Assembly (NCBI GenBank): GCA_900770875.1
Contig: CAAGLV010000077.1
Span: 1,135 to 65,134, forward strand
Length of the DNA: 64,000 nt
DNA from: Flavobacteriales bacterium
GTDB taxonomy: Bacteria; Bacteroidota; Bacteroidia; Flavobacteriales; Weeksellaceae
Reading direction: 5' to 3'
Shown here: positions 1 to 9,348 of the stretch, in pieces
How the letters are laid out: each line of letters starts with the position of its first letter
How positions within the stretch are numbered: the first letter of the stretch is position 1
The notes under the pieces: generated by a model
Told to the model about the DNA's origin: nothing
The model's input: the letters and a program-made list of their open reading frames with translations, nothing else
Databases searched by the model: none
Made by a program: the position numbers and the translations under genes

Positions 1-2455
1 CAGGAATTAAAGGAGGAGAAGTTTTAGTTCTAGTTTCTAATAATACATTTTGTTCTAAATATACGGCTTCATAGTGCGTAGAGTTTACAGCCTTATCACC
101 TTTACTGTAAGAGTAAACCAAACCTCCGGCATTTGAATTTGGAGAAGTGTAAGAGCTAGATAACAATGTTAAATAAACTCCTGAATTCACACTTACTTTA
201 GTAGGGAAATAACCTGTAGAATAAATATAAGCATCTATTGTATTTTCATTGCTTAATTCATTTGAATTATTAGAATTAGTAACATCTAAGAAACTTCTTA
301 AATGATTTATCAAATTATCTCCAGAATAAGTATCTCCAGGAGAAAAATTAGACATAGAAATGAATTCGGCTGTTTCTGAGTTAGAAATAAATGTGTCTGA
401 GATTCTTCTAAAGAATTTTTTATTCCAAGAAGGATTAACTGTTCCTGAATTAACATATACTAATCCGCTTTGACCTAATTCATGTAAAATAGAACCATCT
501 TCTTTTAAAGTTTTGATAGAAGGAATACCATCTTCTTCTCTCCAGCTAATTATAATACGAGGTCTTTTTTGAGAATCATTAACAAAAATACCAGAAGCAG
601 TAAGTTCCATTTTCTGATCACCAAAAATAATTTTACCTAAAAGACCATCTAAAGTTAAGTTAGAATATAAAGGATTTCCGTTTCCGTCAGAAACTAAGCC
701 TGCTTGGGAGAATAGTTTATTAAGCATCATAATCCAACCTCCGATATTAGCTTTCATGCCTAAAATAACATCGCTTACTTCAGTAGTTATTTCCCAATCA
801 GATGAATCAGTTATATTACCGATAGCGGTACTTTCGGTGATATTATTTTTTAATTTATACCATTTATCAGAAGTAGGAATATAAACGTAATCTTTAAAAT
901 TAGAATTATTGTAATAAGTTCTACCAACCACCCAATAGAATTGACGAGCAATAGCTCCATCTTTTCCAGGAGCTCCGGGAGTAGCTTCTCCGTCTTTACC
1001 ATCCTTTCCATCTTTACCGTCTTTACCGTCGGCCCCATTTTTACCATTAGATACAAAAGGAACAACCTCTGTATCTGCAATCATATTATATAAAGGATCG
1101 TAGTAATAAAATTGGATGTAAGTAGGGTTATCAGTACTTGATAAAGTAAGGTTAGTATTGATAGCTAAATTTCTTTCAGTTCCGTTTGAGTATTTGTAAG
1201 TTAAATTACCTTCTGTTGTTTCTTCGTAACCATATCCAGTATTTTTAAACACTTGAGCTTTTATTGTTGTTGGGTTTAAAATAACAGGAGTTGTAGAAGT
1301 TTCAGGAGTTACTTTAACGCTGCCTACACTTAGCTTTATTTTATATGAAGCTTTATTTTTAGATTTAATTAAAGAAAAAGTAGCAGAAGCTAGCAATTCT
1401 TTTGAACTATTTATAGCTTTAAAAATAATAGTTCCGGAATCAGGCATATCATTAACATCAGTAATTAATATATCGTGAGTTATTCCATTTAATTGAGTTC
1501 TATTAAAAACTATTCCGTTGGAAGATTCCATTGTTAAAACATAATCAGTAACGTTTACTGCTTCTGTACCTAAGAATAAAGTAACCTGACAATTAGCTCC
1601 TTCGTAAGCTATTTGGTTGTTTGTATGGCCATTAGAATCTGTGGGGATTGAATGTACTTCGTTTGAGATATCTAAGAAATAAACTTTATCAGCATCATTA
1701 CCTTTAACCTTTGTAAAGATGAAATTTAATTCATTAAATTCTTGAGCAGATAAAGCAGAGAAATTTGGTTTAGTTTCTGTTAATTTATTTGCGGCAACGC
1801 CCATATATAAAGTCGATTCGTTAGATTCATTAGTTACATCAACTTTATTAAGGTTGTTTATACCATTTGGATAATGAGAATAAACAAACCAATTATATAA
1901 AACATTACCTTGCTCTCCTTTATATTTAGACCAAGAGTAATCTTGATAATTTAAACTTTGCTCTTGTTCAGTTTGATCAAAAGCTAAGCCTATAAAACTT
2001 CTGTATTCTCCATTACTTTTTAAAGAAAATTCAGAAATGTTTAAACCTTCGTCGTTATCAGCGTAACATACCCAACTAAACTTTTCAACTGCATCTTGTC
2101 CGTCATCACCTCGATCACCTTTTTCTCCGTCTTTTCCGTCTTTTCCTTTTTTAATGAATTGGATAAAATTAAAAGCTTTAAGAGAATAATCGTAACCATC
2201 TGTAGTAATGCCGTCAGGATAAACAAAATCTTCTTCTAAAAGCTTTTCTTCTCCTTCTGTATCGTCGGTCCAAACATAAACAATCCCGTTTTCTTCACAA
2301 GTAACGGACATACCTTTATAAAAGCTATAAGCTTTGTAATTATCAATTCCTAAATCAATAAGCTCATCTATTGTTGATACTAAAGATTTAGCATCTAACG
2401 GAGCCATAGATTTGACTTTTAATGATTGATTGTAGTCTGCAAAATTATTCTCCAT
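1..2455 (-). CDS. Tail fibre / receptor-binding protein with collagen-like GXY repeats (partial, runs off left edge, at least 818 aa)
   Basis: Absent from the ORF track because no stop lies in the window. ATG at 2455 gives MENNFADYNQSLKVKSMAPLDAK...GKDGKDGEKGDRGDDGQD...WVCYADNDEG...DYSWSKYKGEQG and later NGKNGADGKDGKDGKDGKDGEATPGAPGKDG. The frame was spot-checked as open at ~1000 and at 1-60. Confidence 0.8.
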   Translation of the reverse strand, partial: MENNFADYNQSLKVKSMAPLDAKSLVSTIDELIDLGIDNYKAYSFYKGMSVTCEENGIVYVWTDDTEGEEKLLEEDFVYPDGITTDGYDYSLKAFNFIQFIKKGKDGKDGEKGDRGDDGQDAVEKFSWVCYADNDEGLNISEFSLKSNGEYRSFIGLAFDQTEQEQSLNYQDYSWSKYKGEQGNVLYNWFVYSHYPNGINNLNKVDVTNESNESTLYMGVAANKLTETKPNFSALSAQEFNELNFIFTKVKGNDADKVYFLDISNEVHSIPTDSNGHTNNQIAYEGANCQVTLFLGTEAVNVTDYVLTMESSNGIVFNRTQLNGITHDILITDVNDMPDSGTIIFKAINSSKELLASATFSLIKSKNKASYKIKLSVGSVKVTPETSTTPVILNPTTIKAQVFKNTGYGYEETTEGNLTYKYSNGTERNLAINTNLTLSSTDNPTYIQFYYYDPLYNMIADTEVVPFVSNGKNGADGKDGKDGKDGKDGEATPGAPGKDGAIARQFYWVVGRTYYNNSNFKDYVYIPTSDKWYKLKNNITESTAIGNITDSSDWEITTEVSDVILGMKANIGGWIMMLNKLFSQAGLVSDGNGNPLYSNLTLDGLLGKIIFGDQKMELTASGIFVNDSQKRPRIIISWREEDGIPSIKTLKEDGSILHELGQSGLVYVNSGTVNPSWNKKFFRRISDTFISNSETAEFISMSNFSPGDTYSGDNLINHLRSFLDVTNSNNSNELSNENTIDAYIYSTGYFPTKVSVNSGVYLTLLSSSYTSPNSNAGGLVYSYSKGDKAVNSTHYEAVYLEQNVLLETRTKTSPPLIP

Positions 2456-3497
2456 TGTATAAGATTTTAAAGAAGATTGAACTATGTGTAATTAAATTTT
2501 TAGAAAAGAAGATTAATGTTTTCTTTTCAGGTAAATACAATTTATCAAATGAATTAAGCAAAGATGTATTTGTTAAATCTATAATATCTAAATTGTTAGG
2601 AGAGTTAATATCTTCAATTAAAAATCCGTACTTCCCGATATTTAAGAAATTAACAACTCTACCATTTATGAATTCAGATAAATCATACTCGCTAATATCC
2701 ATCTTACTGTTTTGATTTAAAGCATTTGGATCGTCTGGAACTAATTGATTTTTTACATCATTAATAGTTTTTTTATTATCTTCTAAAGTGTATTGGAATA
2801 CTTTTACTTTTTTATTCATATATTCGTTGTCATCATATTCATATTCAAAACAAGCAGAAGAACACTCACAAGAATCTGCAAGATCTAAATTATAAAGACC
2901 TCTAGTCGTTGCTGTGTTGTAAATCGAAAGGCTATCTAAATCCCTTACAATTTCATTCATAGCATCCTCTCCTCTTGCTTCTAAACATCTATCGAACCAA
3001 TCTTGTTCAAGTACTCTATACATATTCATATTGCCTTTAGATTTATGCATTTTAGATTTATAAAACATATACTCTAAATAAGCTAATACAGCTTCTCTAT
3101 GATTGATAGTAGTAAATGGATTTCCTGTACCATCACAAGCGTAACCATAGTAAACAAATGAAATGCTATCTCTTTTTTTATTATCACATAGAATAATAAA
3201 AGATTGATTCATATTATACATTCCATCACATAAACCTTCTTTACAGCTTCCGATGTAATCTAATTCAAAGAAATCTTTAGGTTTTACAATATTTCTTCCG
3301 TCAAAATTACCATTCCCTTTATGGTAGGTAACTTTCTTTTTAACTACCAACGAGCTATAAGGGTTTATTTCGTGCTCTGCTGATATAATTAATCTTTTAA
3401 TGATAGTTTCCTCATTTTTTAGATTATCTCTTCCTAAACGGAAAGAAAGCTCTATTAAAAGAGAATTATAACTAACATATCCATTATTATTTTTCAT
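2445..3497 (-). CDS. Tail tubular/ring protein (crAss Ttub, P22 gp4-like), putative
   Basis: Position after the IHF-like gene in the crAss capsid block; motif ISFVYYGYACDGTGNPF...EAVLAYLEY. Confidence 0.55.
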   Translation of the reverse strand: MKNNNGYVSYNSLLIELSFRLGRDNLKNEETIIKRLIISAEHEINPYSSLVVKKKVTYHKGNGNFDGRNIVKPKDFFELDYIGSCKEGLCDGMYNMNQSFIILCDNKKRDSISFVYYGYACDGTGNPFTTINHREAVLAYLEYMFYKSKMHKSKGNMNMYRVLEQDWFDRCLEARGEDAMNEIVRDLDSLSIYNTATTRGLYNLDLADSCECSSACFEYEYDDNEYMNKKVKVFQYTLEDNKKTINDVKNQLVPDDPNALNQNSKMDISEYDLSEFINGRVVNFLNIGKYGFLIEDINSPNNLDIIDLTNTSLLNSFDKLYLPEKKTLIFFSKNLITHSSIFFKILYNGE

Positions 3498-4011
3498 TTT
3501 TATAAATAGCTTTTAATTTCTTAGTAGTAATTCTTTTATGCTCATCTAAAGTTACTAATTCATCTACTGAAAAGAATTTACTCCATTCTTGTTCAGCTAA
3601 CGGGAATATGTTTGTTGATCCAGTCATTTTTCTAACTTTAAATGAGAAAAATCTTGTTGGCGCTAAGATTCTATCCCAATAAATTCCTACTCTAGATTCA
3701 AACTTTTTGTAGATTTTTTGTTTAGACCTTAGAAGCTTGTAATTGCTTTTATCTAAATCGTATTTTTCTTCTGTTTTGTATTTCTTTACGTGGAAACCAA
3801 AAGGAAAATAGTAAATGACTGGACTCCATAAAAAATCATATAGCCAAACACGTAAGTATTTGGCTATTATTTTTCTGTACATCACTTGAGTAATTTCTAC
3901 TTTTTTACTCTTACCTTTTATTTTAACAAAATTCTTTCGGCTTTCCACGAGTTGATCAAAACTATCTTCTATTGTAATAAAGATTTTTTTTCTCTTTTCG
4001 TCTATTCTCAT
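3487..4011 (-). CDS. crAss capsid-module IHF/HU-like basic protein, putative
   Basis: Lys-rich 174 aa; syntenic with IHF-like genes in crAss-like structural blocks. Confidence 0.45.
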   Translation of the reverse strand: MRIDEKRKKIFITIEDSFDQLVESRKNFVKIKGKSKKVEITQVMYRKIIAKYLRVWLYDFLWSPVIYYFPFGFHVKKYKTEEKYDLDKSNYKLLRSKQKIYKKFESRVGIYWDRILAPTRFFSFKVRKMTGSTNIFPLAEQEWSKFFSVDELVTLDEHKRITTKKLKAIYKNEK

Positions 4012-4709
4012 TATTGTTCTAAATTGGTATTTTCATGATATCTAACATTGTCTACTCTTGCGTTTTGTATTTCATCTGGTTTAACTTGAGATGTAATTCC
4101 AAATTCTTTACGCAAGATAGTGGTTTTTAATTCATCAATTTTTTCAGCAGGAAATGGATATACATCTTCAAGCCAATTATAATCACTAGCATCCGAAGGG
4201 TTAACTAATACAGCTCTTAAATCTAAAGTAGAATCTTTTTTAGAAGATGTCGAGTTAAGAACATTTAAAACTTGATATAGAATATATTTATCTGAATTGT
4301 ATTTGACTTCGTAGCTTAATTCAGTAGCTAGCTTTAAACGAGCTACATTCCCTGTTGTACTTATTAAAGGTAAATCATTACATTCAGCAATAGAGAAAGT
4401 AGTCATATTTACAGAAGGAATACTTATTCCTATTTTCTCGAAAAAGAATCCATTTCTATTACTAAATCTAATGATTTGAGGTAAATCTGCTTTGAAGATA
4501 TTATCTCTCTCTTTAGTAAAAGCAACTTTAGTATATTGGAAACATTCTTCAGATATATCTTCTCCTTCTGAATAATATTTACGTATAACTTCTCCTCTGT
4601 AACTAGCTAATAAATTACGAACAAGTCTTTCTGTAATTTTATTATCGTTTGTGTATTGATTTGAATTTAAAGTTTCAATAATCGAGTACACTAATTCTTT
4701 TTCCGTCAT
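4011..4709 (-). CDS. Conserved crAss virion structural (ring/neck) protein
   Basis: Third gene downstream of MCP; C-terminal YPFP...KPDEIQN; translationally coupled. Confidence 0.55.
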   Translation of the reverse strand: MTEKELVYSIIETLNSNQYTNDNKITERLVRNLLASYRGEVIRKYYSEGEDISEECFQYTKVAFTKERDNIFKADLPQIIRFSNRNGFFFEKIGISIPSVNMTTFSIAECNDLPLISTTGNVARLKLATELSYEVKYNSDKYILYQVLNVLNSTSSKKDSTLDLRAVLVNPSDASDYNWLEDVYPFPAEKIDELKTTILRKEFGITSQVKPDEIQNARVDNVRYHENTNLEQ

Positions 4710-5359
4710 GATCTATTCTTTTTACCAAATTTAGCATTAAACGCTTCGTTTTGCTGCGCGAAATTATCTGAAGTTGTATATCTAAATGAATTTGAAACTT
4801 GATTACAAATTTGAATAATAGATTGTATAGGTAGATCAACTATTCTCTTTTCAAGCTCACCTTCTTTAGCGAATGTAGGTTCTTTACAATACTTTAAATA
4901 AGCATTTGTATAAACTGAATTATCCTTTCCTGTTTTTATGTAAAAAAAATCATTCATTCTAAAAACATTCGGATATTCTGGAGTAGGTTCTCTAAATGGA
5001 TTTAAAGCGTAAGTTTCTTGGCCATTCTTAAGAATTGTAACTTCTCTTGATTTTTTTAAACCGTCAATCAAGGGAGCTATTGTAATTAATCTATGATAGT
5101 TACTTGGAACAGGAACTTTCCACGAATCAGAATCCTTTATAATAGAAATATCAGAACTCTCAATAATAAGAGTTCTGATATCGTCAGATATAGGCTGAGT
5201 CGCATCCATATAAACAAGGTTAGATCTAATGAAATCATAAGTTAAAGCAATAAATCTGTCTAGTTTTACAGGTAGAGGGAAATAATCACTTCCTTGCTTA
5301 TCTATTAGTTCGTCAAGATAAATATCTATGTTTTCTAATGTAGGATACGTTAAACTCAT
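4706..5359 (-). CDS. Conserved crAss virion structural (ring/neck) protein
   Basis: Second gene downstream of MCP; motifs PSNY, NPFREP, YLKYCKEP. Confidence 0.55.
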   Translation of the reverse strand: MSLTYPTLENIDIYLDELIDKQGSDYFPLPVKLDRFIALTYDFIRSNLVYMDATQPISDDIRTLIIESSDISIIKDSDSWKVPVPSNYHRLITIAPLIDGLKKSREVTILKNGQETYALNPFREPTPEYPNVFRMNDFFYIKTGKDNSVYTNAYLKYCKEPTFAKEGELEKRIVDLPIQSIIQICNQVSNSFRYTTSDNFAQQNEAFNAKFGKKNRS

Positions 5360-5360
5360 T

Positions 5361-6209
5361 TTAATCTTCTGTTACATAATTACTGTATTCTTCTTTAATT
5401 GATTTATCTACTAAAGATTTTAAGTAATCAAATTTTTCTTTATTTTCTTCAAAGTATTTGAATACTGTTGCTTTATCAATTCCAATAGGAATATGCTCTC
5501 CTTTCATTTTATAGAATCCATTATCCGTAGTAATTAATTCATACTTGATGAATAAGTTTAAATAATAATGTAATTCTTGATCTGCAATTCTCTCGAAAAT
5601 TTCAATTAAATATTCCGCGTTAGCCGTAGAATATTTAACGAAGTTAGATAGTTTTTGCTCTAAAGCACCTCGTCTAGCTTTTTCGAAAGTTTCTTCGATA
5701 GAATAAGGGATCTCAAGCATTGCGCATAGCTTGCATAACTGCTTAGAATTGTATTTATCATTAAATACTAAAGCTTGAGCTTTTACTAAAGTCTTTTCAG
5801 CAGAAAGTTTTAAATCCTTTTTCTTATCTAAGTTAGTTAAGATAAAACGTGGATTAGAACGTTTTAAGCCTTTTTGAACTAACTCATTATGTTCTTCAGA
5901 AGACATTGATTCAATTCTTACATCAGAATGATTAATCAATGCCATTACATTATGTTGGTCAATATCACTTTCATCTGGTTTGAAAATTATTCTAAGTTTA
6001 TCGATATAATAAGTAGCAACTAACTCGCTATTATTATTTAAAAAATAAACTCTATCCTTTGATCCAACAGGTACTTCACTTTGTAGATTAGTAAATCTAA
6101 ATTTATTTCTCTTTTTAGCATCTTGAAGATTTCTATCCAGAGCAAATTTTCCTGAAACAGCGACTTTAATTTGTTTCGTTCTTAACTTGAATACCTTTTC
6201 GTTTGACAT
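5361..6209 (-). CDS. Conserved crAss protein downstream of MCP (gene 75-like), putative
   Basis: 282-aa ORF; call rests on synteny. Confidence 0.5.
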   Translation of the reverse strand: MSNEKVFKLRTKQIKVAVSGKFALDRNLQDAKKRNKFRFTNLQSEVPVGSKDRVYFLNNNSELVATYYIDKLRIIFKPDESDIDQHNVMALINHSDVRIESMSSEEHNELVQKGLKRSNPRFILTNLDKKKDLKLSAEKTLVKAQALVFNDKYNSKQLCKLCAMLEIPYSIEETFEKARRGALEQKLSNFVKYSTANAEYLIEIFERIADQELHYYLNLFIKYELITTDNGFYKMKGEHIPIGIDKATVFKYFEENKEKFDYLKSLVDKSIKEEYSNYVTED

Positions 6210-6232
6210 AGTTTGTTATAAATTTTTGTTTG

Positions 6233-6266
6233 AAAAAAAATCACAAGGAGAATCAACTCCTTGTGA
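6233..6266 (-). terminator. Intrinsic terminator after the major capsid gene
   Basis: TCACAAGGAG/CTCCTTGTGA 10-bp stem followed by T8 on the minus strand. Confidence 0.85.
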
Positions 6267-6280
6267 AATATAGTAAGATG

Positions 6281-8023
6281 TTATAATCCTCCGAAACCAC
6301 CTCCTACTGGTCCAGTAAAAGGAAATTTTTGGAAGTTAATATTACCTGCGTTAGCAGAAGAAATAACACCTGTATATTTTCTGTTTGCACGAATTATTGC
6401 GCAACAATCAGGGAAATAGTTTACAGGCATCAACTCTGTGAAATAGTGAACACTTGCTCCATCGAATCCAGAAGAAGCAAAGATTGAAGCCTCACCACCA
6501 GCATTTAATGAATGTAATCCGTTTACATATTTTTTCAAGAAGAAACGTCCACGAGCACCAGCCATTACTTCGAAGATAGAAGTTCCATCAGGCATTGGTG
6601 TAGCGTTGATAAAGTATAAATCTCCCGATCCTGTTAAACCTCCGTTACGGTTATGTAAACCTGGGTTAGATAATAAAGAATCTTCAACGAACATTACTTT
6701 ATTTCCTAAGTATTCGTATTCTGTAATATCGAATCCTAAAGAAACTTCTTTTTTGTTGATATCGTAAATTACGTTTGTAGCGTAAGAAGCAGTATTTGCT
6801 AAAGCACCTCCGTTAGAAACGTTAAGACCGATTAAAGCCATCATTGTTTTACGGAAATTTAAGTGAGCGATTTTATCACCTAAACAAACGAAAATATTAC
6901 CAGTATTACCTACAGGAGAGTTTTCTGCTAAAACGTTCATAGTCGTTTCTAAATCAGAAATAGGTAAACCTTCATTTGGATTATAATTTAAATCGAATGT
7001 GTCTAACATCGAAGTAATAAATCCATCACCTTGAGCCGGTGCTGTAATACCAGATTCAGGTTTGAAGTAAGAATTTGTTAATTGGTTTTGACCAGCATTT
7101 TCTAACCAAGTATGACCTGCAGTTTTCATTGTAGAAACGTTATAACGTAATGATAACTCGTTCATTATTGCAAACATTCTATCTGCTCGTTCTTCTTCTT
7201 CATACTCCCAATAAGCTCCTTCTGTTTTAGAAGATGGGTTAGAAATAGTTGGGTGGCACCAAACAACTTTCTTTTGGCGTAACGCATCCCCTGTGAAACG
7301 TAAAGAGTAACGAGATTTATGAGAATAGAAAATTTCAGCCCAACTTCTACGGTTTCTTTGATAACCTGTTGTAGAACCTTCACCTACGATGTTACCAGAT
7401 TCCATTAACACTTCATCCTCTGCGAAAGCTTCTGCGTTAAATTGTCCTCCTACGATAAATTTACCATCATAGATATAGTGATCCCCTGTAGTAGCTCTAC
7501 GTTTACCTACTGTAATAATCTCGATTGCATCCAAACCATGAGATAAAGAGATTTTATCATTTGGATTTAATTTATCCCCCCAGATATTATTGTCAGGATC
7601 GTGTTTTACAGCATAAGAAACTAAAACATCAGTTTTAACTTTAGAAGCTTCATTAATATCTTGACCAGGAGCATAAGTAACACCTGATACAGAAGTCATG
7701 TCATCAGTTGGATGGAAAGCTCCAATAACTACAGCACCCATAGAAACCAATGGCATTAAATCCATTCCTTCGTATTTAACTCGGTAAGCGTTATCTGCTA
7801 ATTCTTTTGTGATAGAATCACGAGTAATACGTTTGTTTTTTAAACCACCTTTTGTACGTTCAGACAAATAGATGATCGATGTAAATTTTGCATATTTAGC
7901 AAAACGATTAATAACGTTCTTATGAACATCATTGTACTTTTCAGAGTGAGCAGAAAGCGATAAAGCTTCTGTATGGATCTGAGGGTTATAATCCTCAGCT
8001 TGACTTTTTATTAATTGTCCCAT
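6281..8023 (-). CDS. Major capsid protein (crAss-type HK97 fold)
   Basis: 580 aa, two genes after the portal; crAss MCP-like segments (GEGSTTGY, GDGF, GFDITEYEYLGNKVMFVEDSLL, SSGFDG); highly expressed codon style; own terminator. Confidence 0.8.
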   Translation of the reverse strand: MGQLIKSQAEDYNPQIHTEALSLSAHSEKYNDVHKNVINRFAKYAKFTSIIYLSERTKGGLKNKRITRDSITKELADNAYRVKYEGMDLMPLVSMGAVVIGAFHPTDDMTSVSGVTYAPGQDINEASKVKTDVLVSYAVKHDPDNNIWGDKLNPNDKISLSHGLDAIEIITVGKRRATTGDHYIYDGKFIVGGQFNAEAFAEDEVLMESGNIVGEGSTTGYQRNRRSWAEIFYSHKSRYSLRFTGDALRQKKVVWCHPTISNPSSKTEGAYWEYEEEERADRMFAIMNELSLRYNVSTMKTAGHTWLENAGQNQLTNSYFKPESGITAPAQGDGFITSMLDTFDLNYNPNEGLPISDLETTMNVLAENSPVGNTGNIFVCLGDKIAHLNFRKTMMALIGLNVSNGGALANTASYATNVIYDINKKEVSLGFDITEYEYLGNKVMFVEDSLLSNPGLHNRNGGLTGSGDLYFINATPMPDGTSIFEVMAGARGRFFLKKYVNGLHSLNAGGEASIFASSGFDGASVHYFTELMPVNYFPDCCAIIRANRKYTGVISSANAGNINFQKFPFTGPVGGGFGGL

Positions 8024-8150
8024 TTTTTAATAATTAATTAGTGATACTTCCTATTATTGGCTTTTAACTTAGATTTTGATAAAAATACTTTCAGTATTTA
8101 GAAAGGGACCATTTTGCAGTTTAGATTTTGGAATCAGTATTTAGATTTTA

Positions 8151-9332
8151 TTAAAATCTTCCTGCAACTCGTCTTGTTGGTTTTTGTTTTTTATCTTCTT
8201 CGTTAGAACTCGGTCTGATTGCTGAAGTCCATGCACTTGGTTCAAATCTATTAGGGTTCATATTTCCTCTACCACTAATTTGTTTACCAAAGGATGAATT
8301 AGATGATTTTGCGCTTCCGTTAGAACGGATATCATCTAAAGTATCTTTCACCCCTCTGGAATAATTATCATCATTATTGAATAAGCGTTTTCCTTTACGT
8401 TCGGCTAATTCGGCGATAACTGATCTTACGACAAAGTTTGGATCGTCTACAATCTTTTTAAATTCTTCTGAATTCATAAATGAGTAGACCTCTTTAGCAT
8501 CATTCTTGTTCAAGCCATATTTCTTTGATAAATCTACGACAGTTTTACGAGTTTGAGCTTTCAACGAATTTAGCTTTTCAGTTAAAGCTTGTTCGTGTTG
8601 TTGTTTTAAAGAATCTCTTTGAGCAGTTTTATCTTTAATTAAATTTTGAATTCCTTGTTTCTGTGTATCTACGTACATATTCTTGAAAGAAGGATTCAAA
8701 TTCATGTCGCTGATACGCTCCTCTAATTCTTCTTTAAAATCTGATGAATTGATTTTTTGAGCTTGACCTTTATCATTGTACTCTTTCGTTAATTGATTCG
8801 TTAAAGCAATTCTGATGATTTGGTTATCGTCATAAGAAAGAATATTAGATAATCCATCAATAACATTATCTAATTGATTAATTCCATTTACACGAATTGC
8901 ATCTTCATCTTCTGGAGCTTCGATTTTATAACCTTTAGCTTTAAGATTAGCAATAATTTCATTTTCGTTAGAAGGAGCAGAAGATTGATTTTGATTGTCA
9001 TCACCTTGATCAAGAATGTTAGAGTAATCATCTTCTAAATCTAATTCGTTAAATTCAGAATCATCATCGTAGTCATCACTTACTCCGTTTAACGGATCGT
9101 CGTGTACTTCTTCTTGAGAAGAATCAGAAGTATCGACAGCTTCAAAATCAGACCAACCATAATCAGTCGAAATTCCTTCTTCATCATCAGCATTAATTTC
9201 TTCGAAATCGCTTTGTTCAGTTTCTTGATTTAAATGCTCTCTTTCTTCTTCCAAATCAACTTGACTGTAATCTTCAAAAGAAGATGGACCATTCATAAAA
9301 TCGTCGTCTGTAATGTTTGTATTATCACTCAT
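8151..9332 (-). CDS. Acidic scaffold-like protein (between portal and MCP)
   Basis: Very D/E-rich N-terminus, coiled coil, position in the head block. Confidence 0.6.
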   Translation of the reverse strand: MSDNTNITDDDFMNGPSSFEDYSQVDLEEEREHLNQETEQSDFEEINADDEEGISTDYGWSDFEAVDTSDSSQEEVHDDPLNGVSDDYDDDSEFNELDLEDDYSNILDQGDDNQNQSSAPSNENEIIANLKAKGYKIEAPEDEDAIRVNGINQLDNVIDGLSNILSYDDNQIIRIALTNQLTKEYNDKGQAQKINSSDFKEELEERISDMNLNPSFKNMYVDTQKQGIQNLIKDKTAQRDSLKQQHEQALTEKLNSLKAQTRKTVVDLSKKYGLNKNDAKEVYSFMNSEEFKKIVDDPNFVVRSVIAELAERKGKRLFNNDDNYSRGVKDTLDDIRSNGSAKSSNSSFGKQISGRGNMNPNRFEPSAWTSAIRPSSNEEDKKQKPTRRVAGRF

Positions 9333-9348
9333 ACCTGTATATATTTAA

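Noticed and set aside
1..2455. Diversity-generating retroelement or invertible tail-fibre cassette
   Set aside because: No reverse transcriptase, invertase or template/variable repeat pair visible in this window
850..2715. Short ORFs 850-1080, 2041-2226 and 2422-2715
   Set aside because: Alternate-frame or antisense shadows of the tail fibre and tail-tube genes
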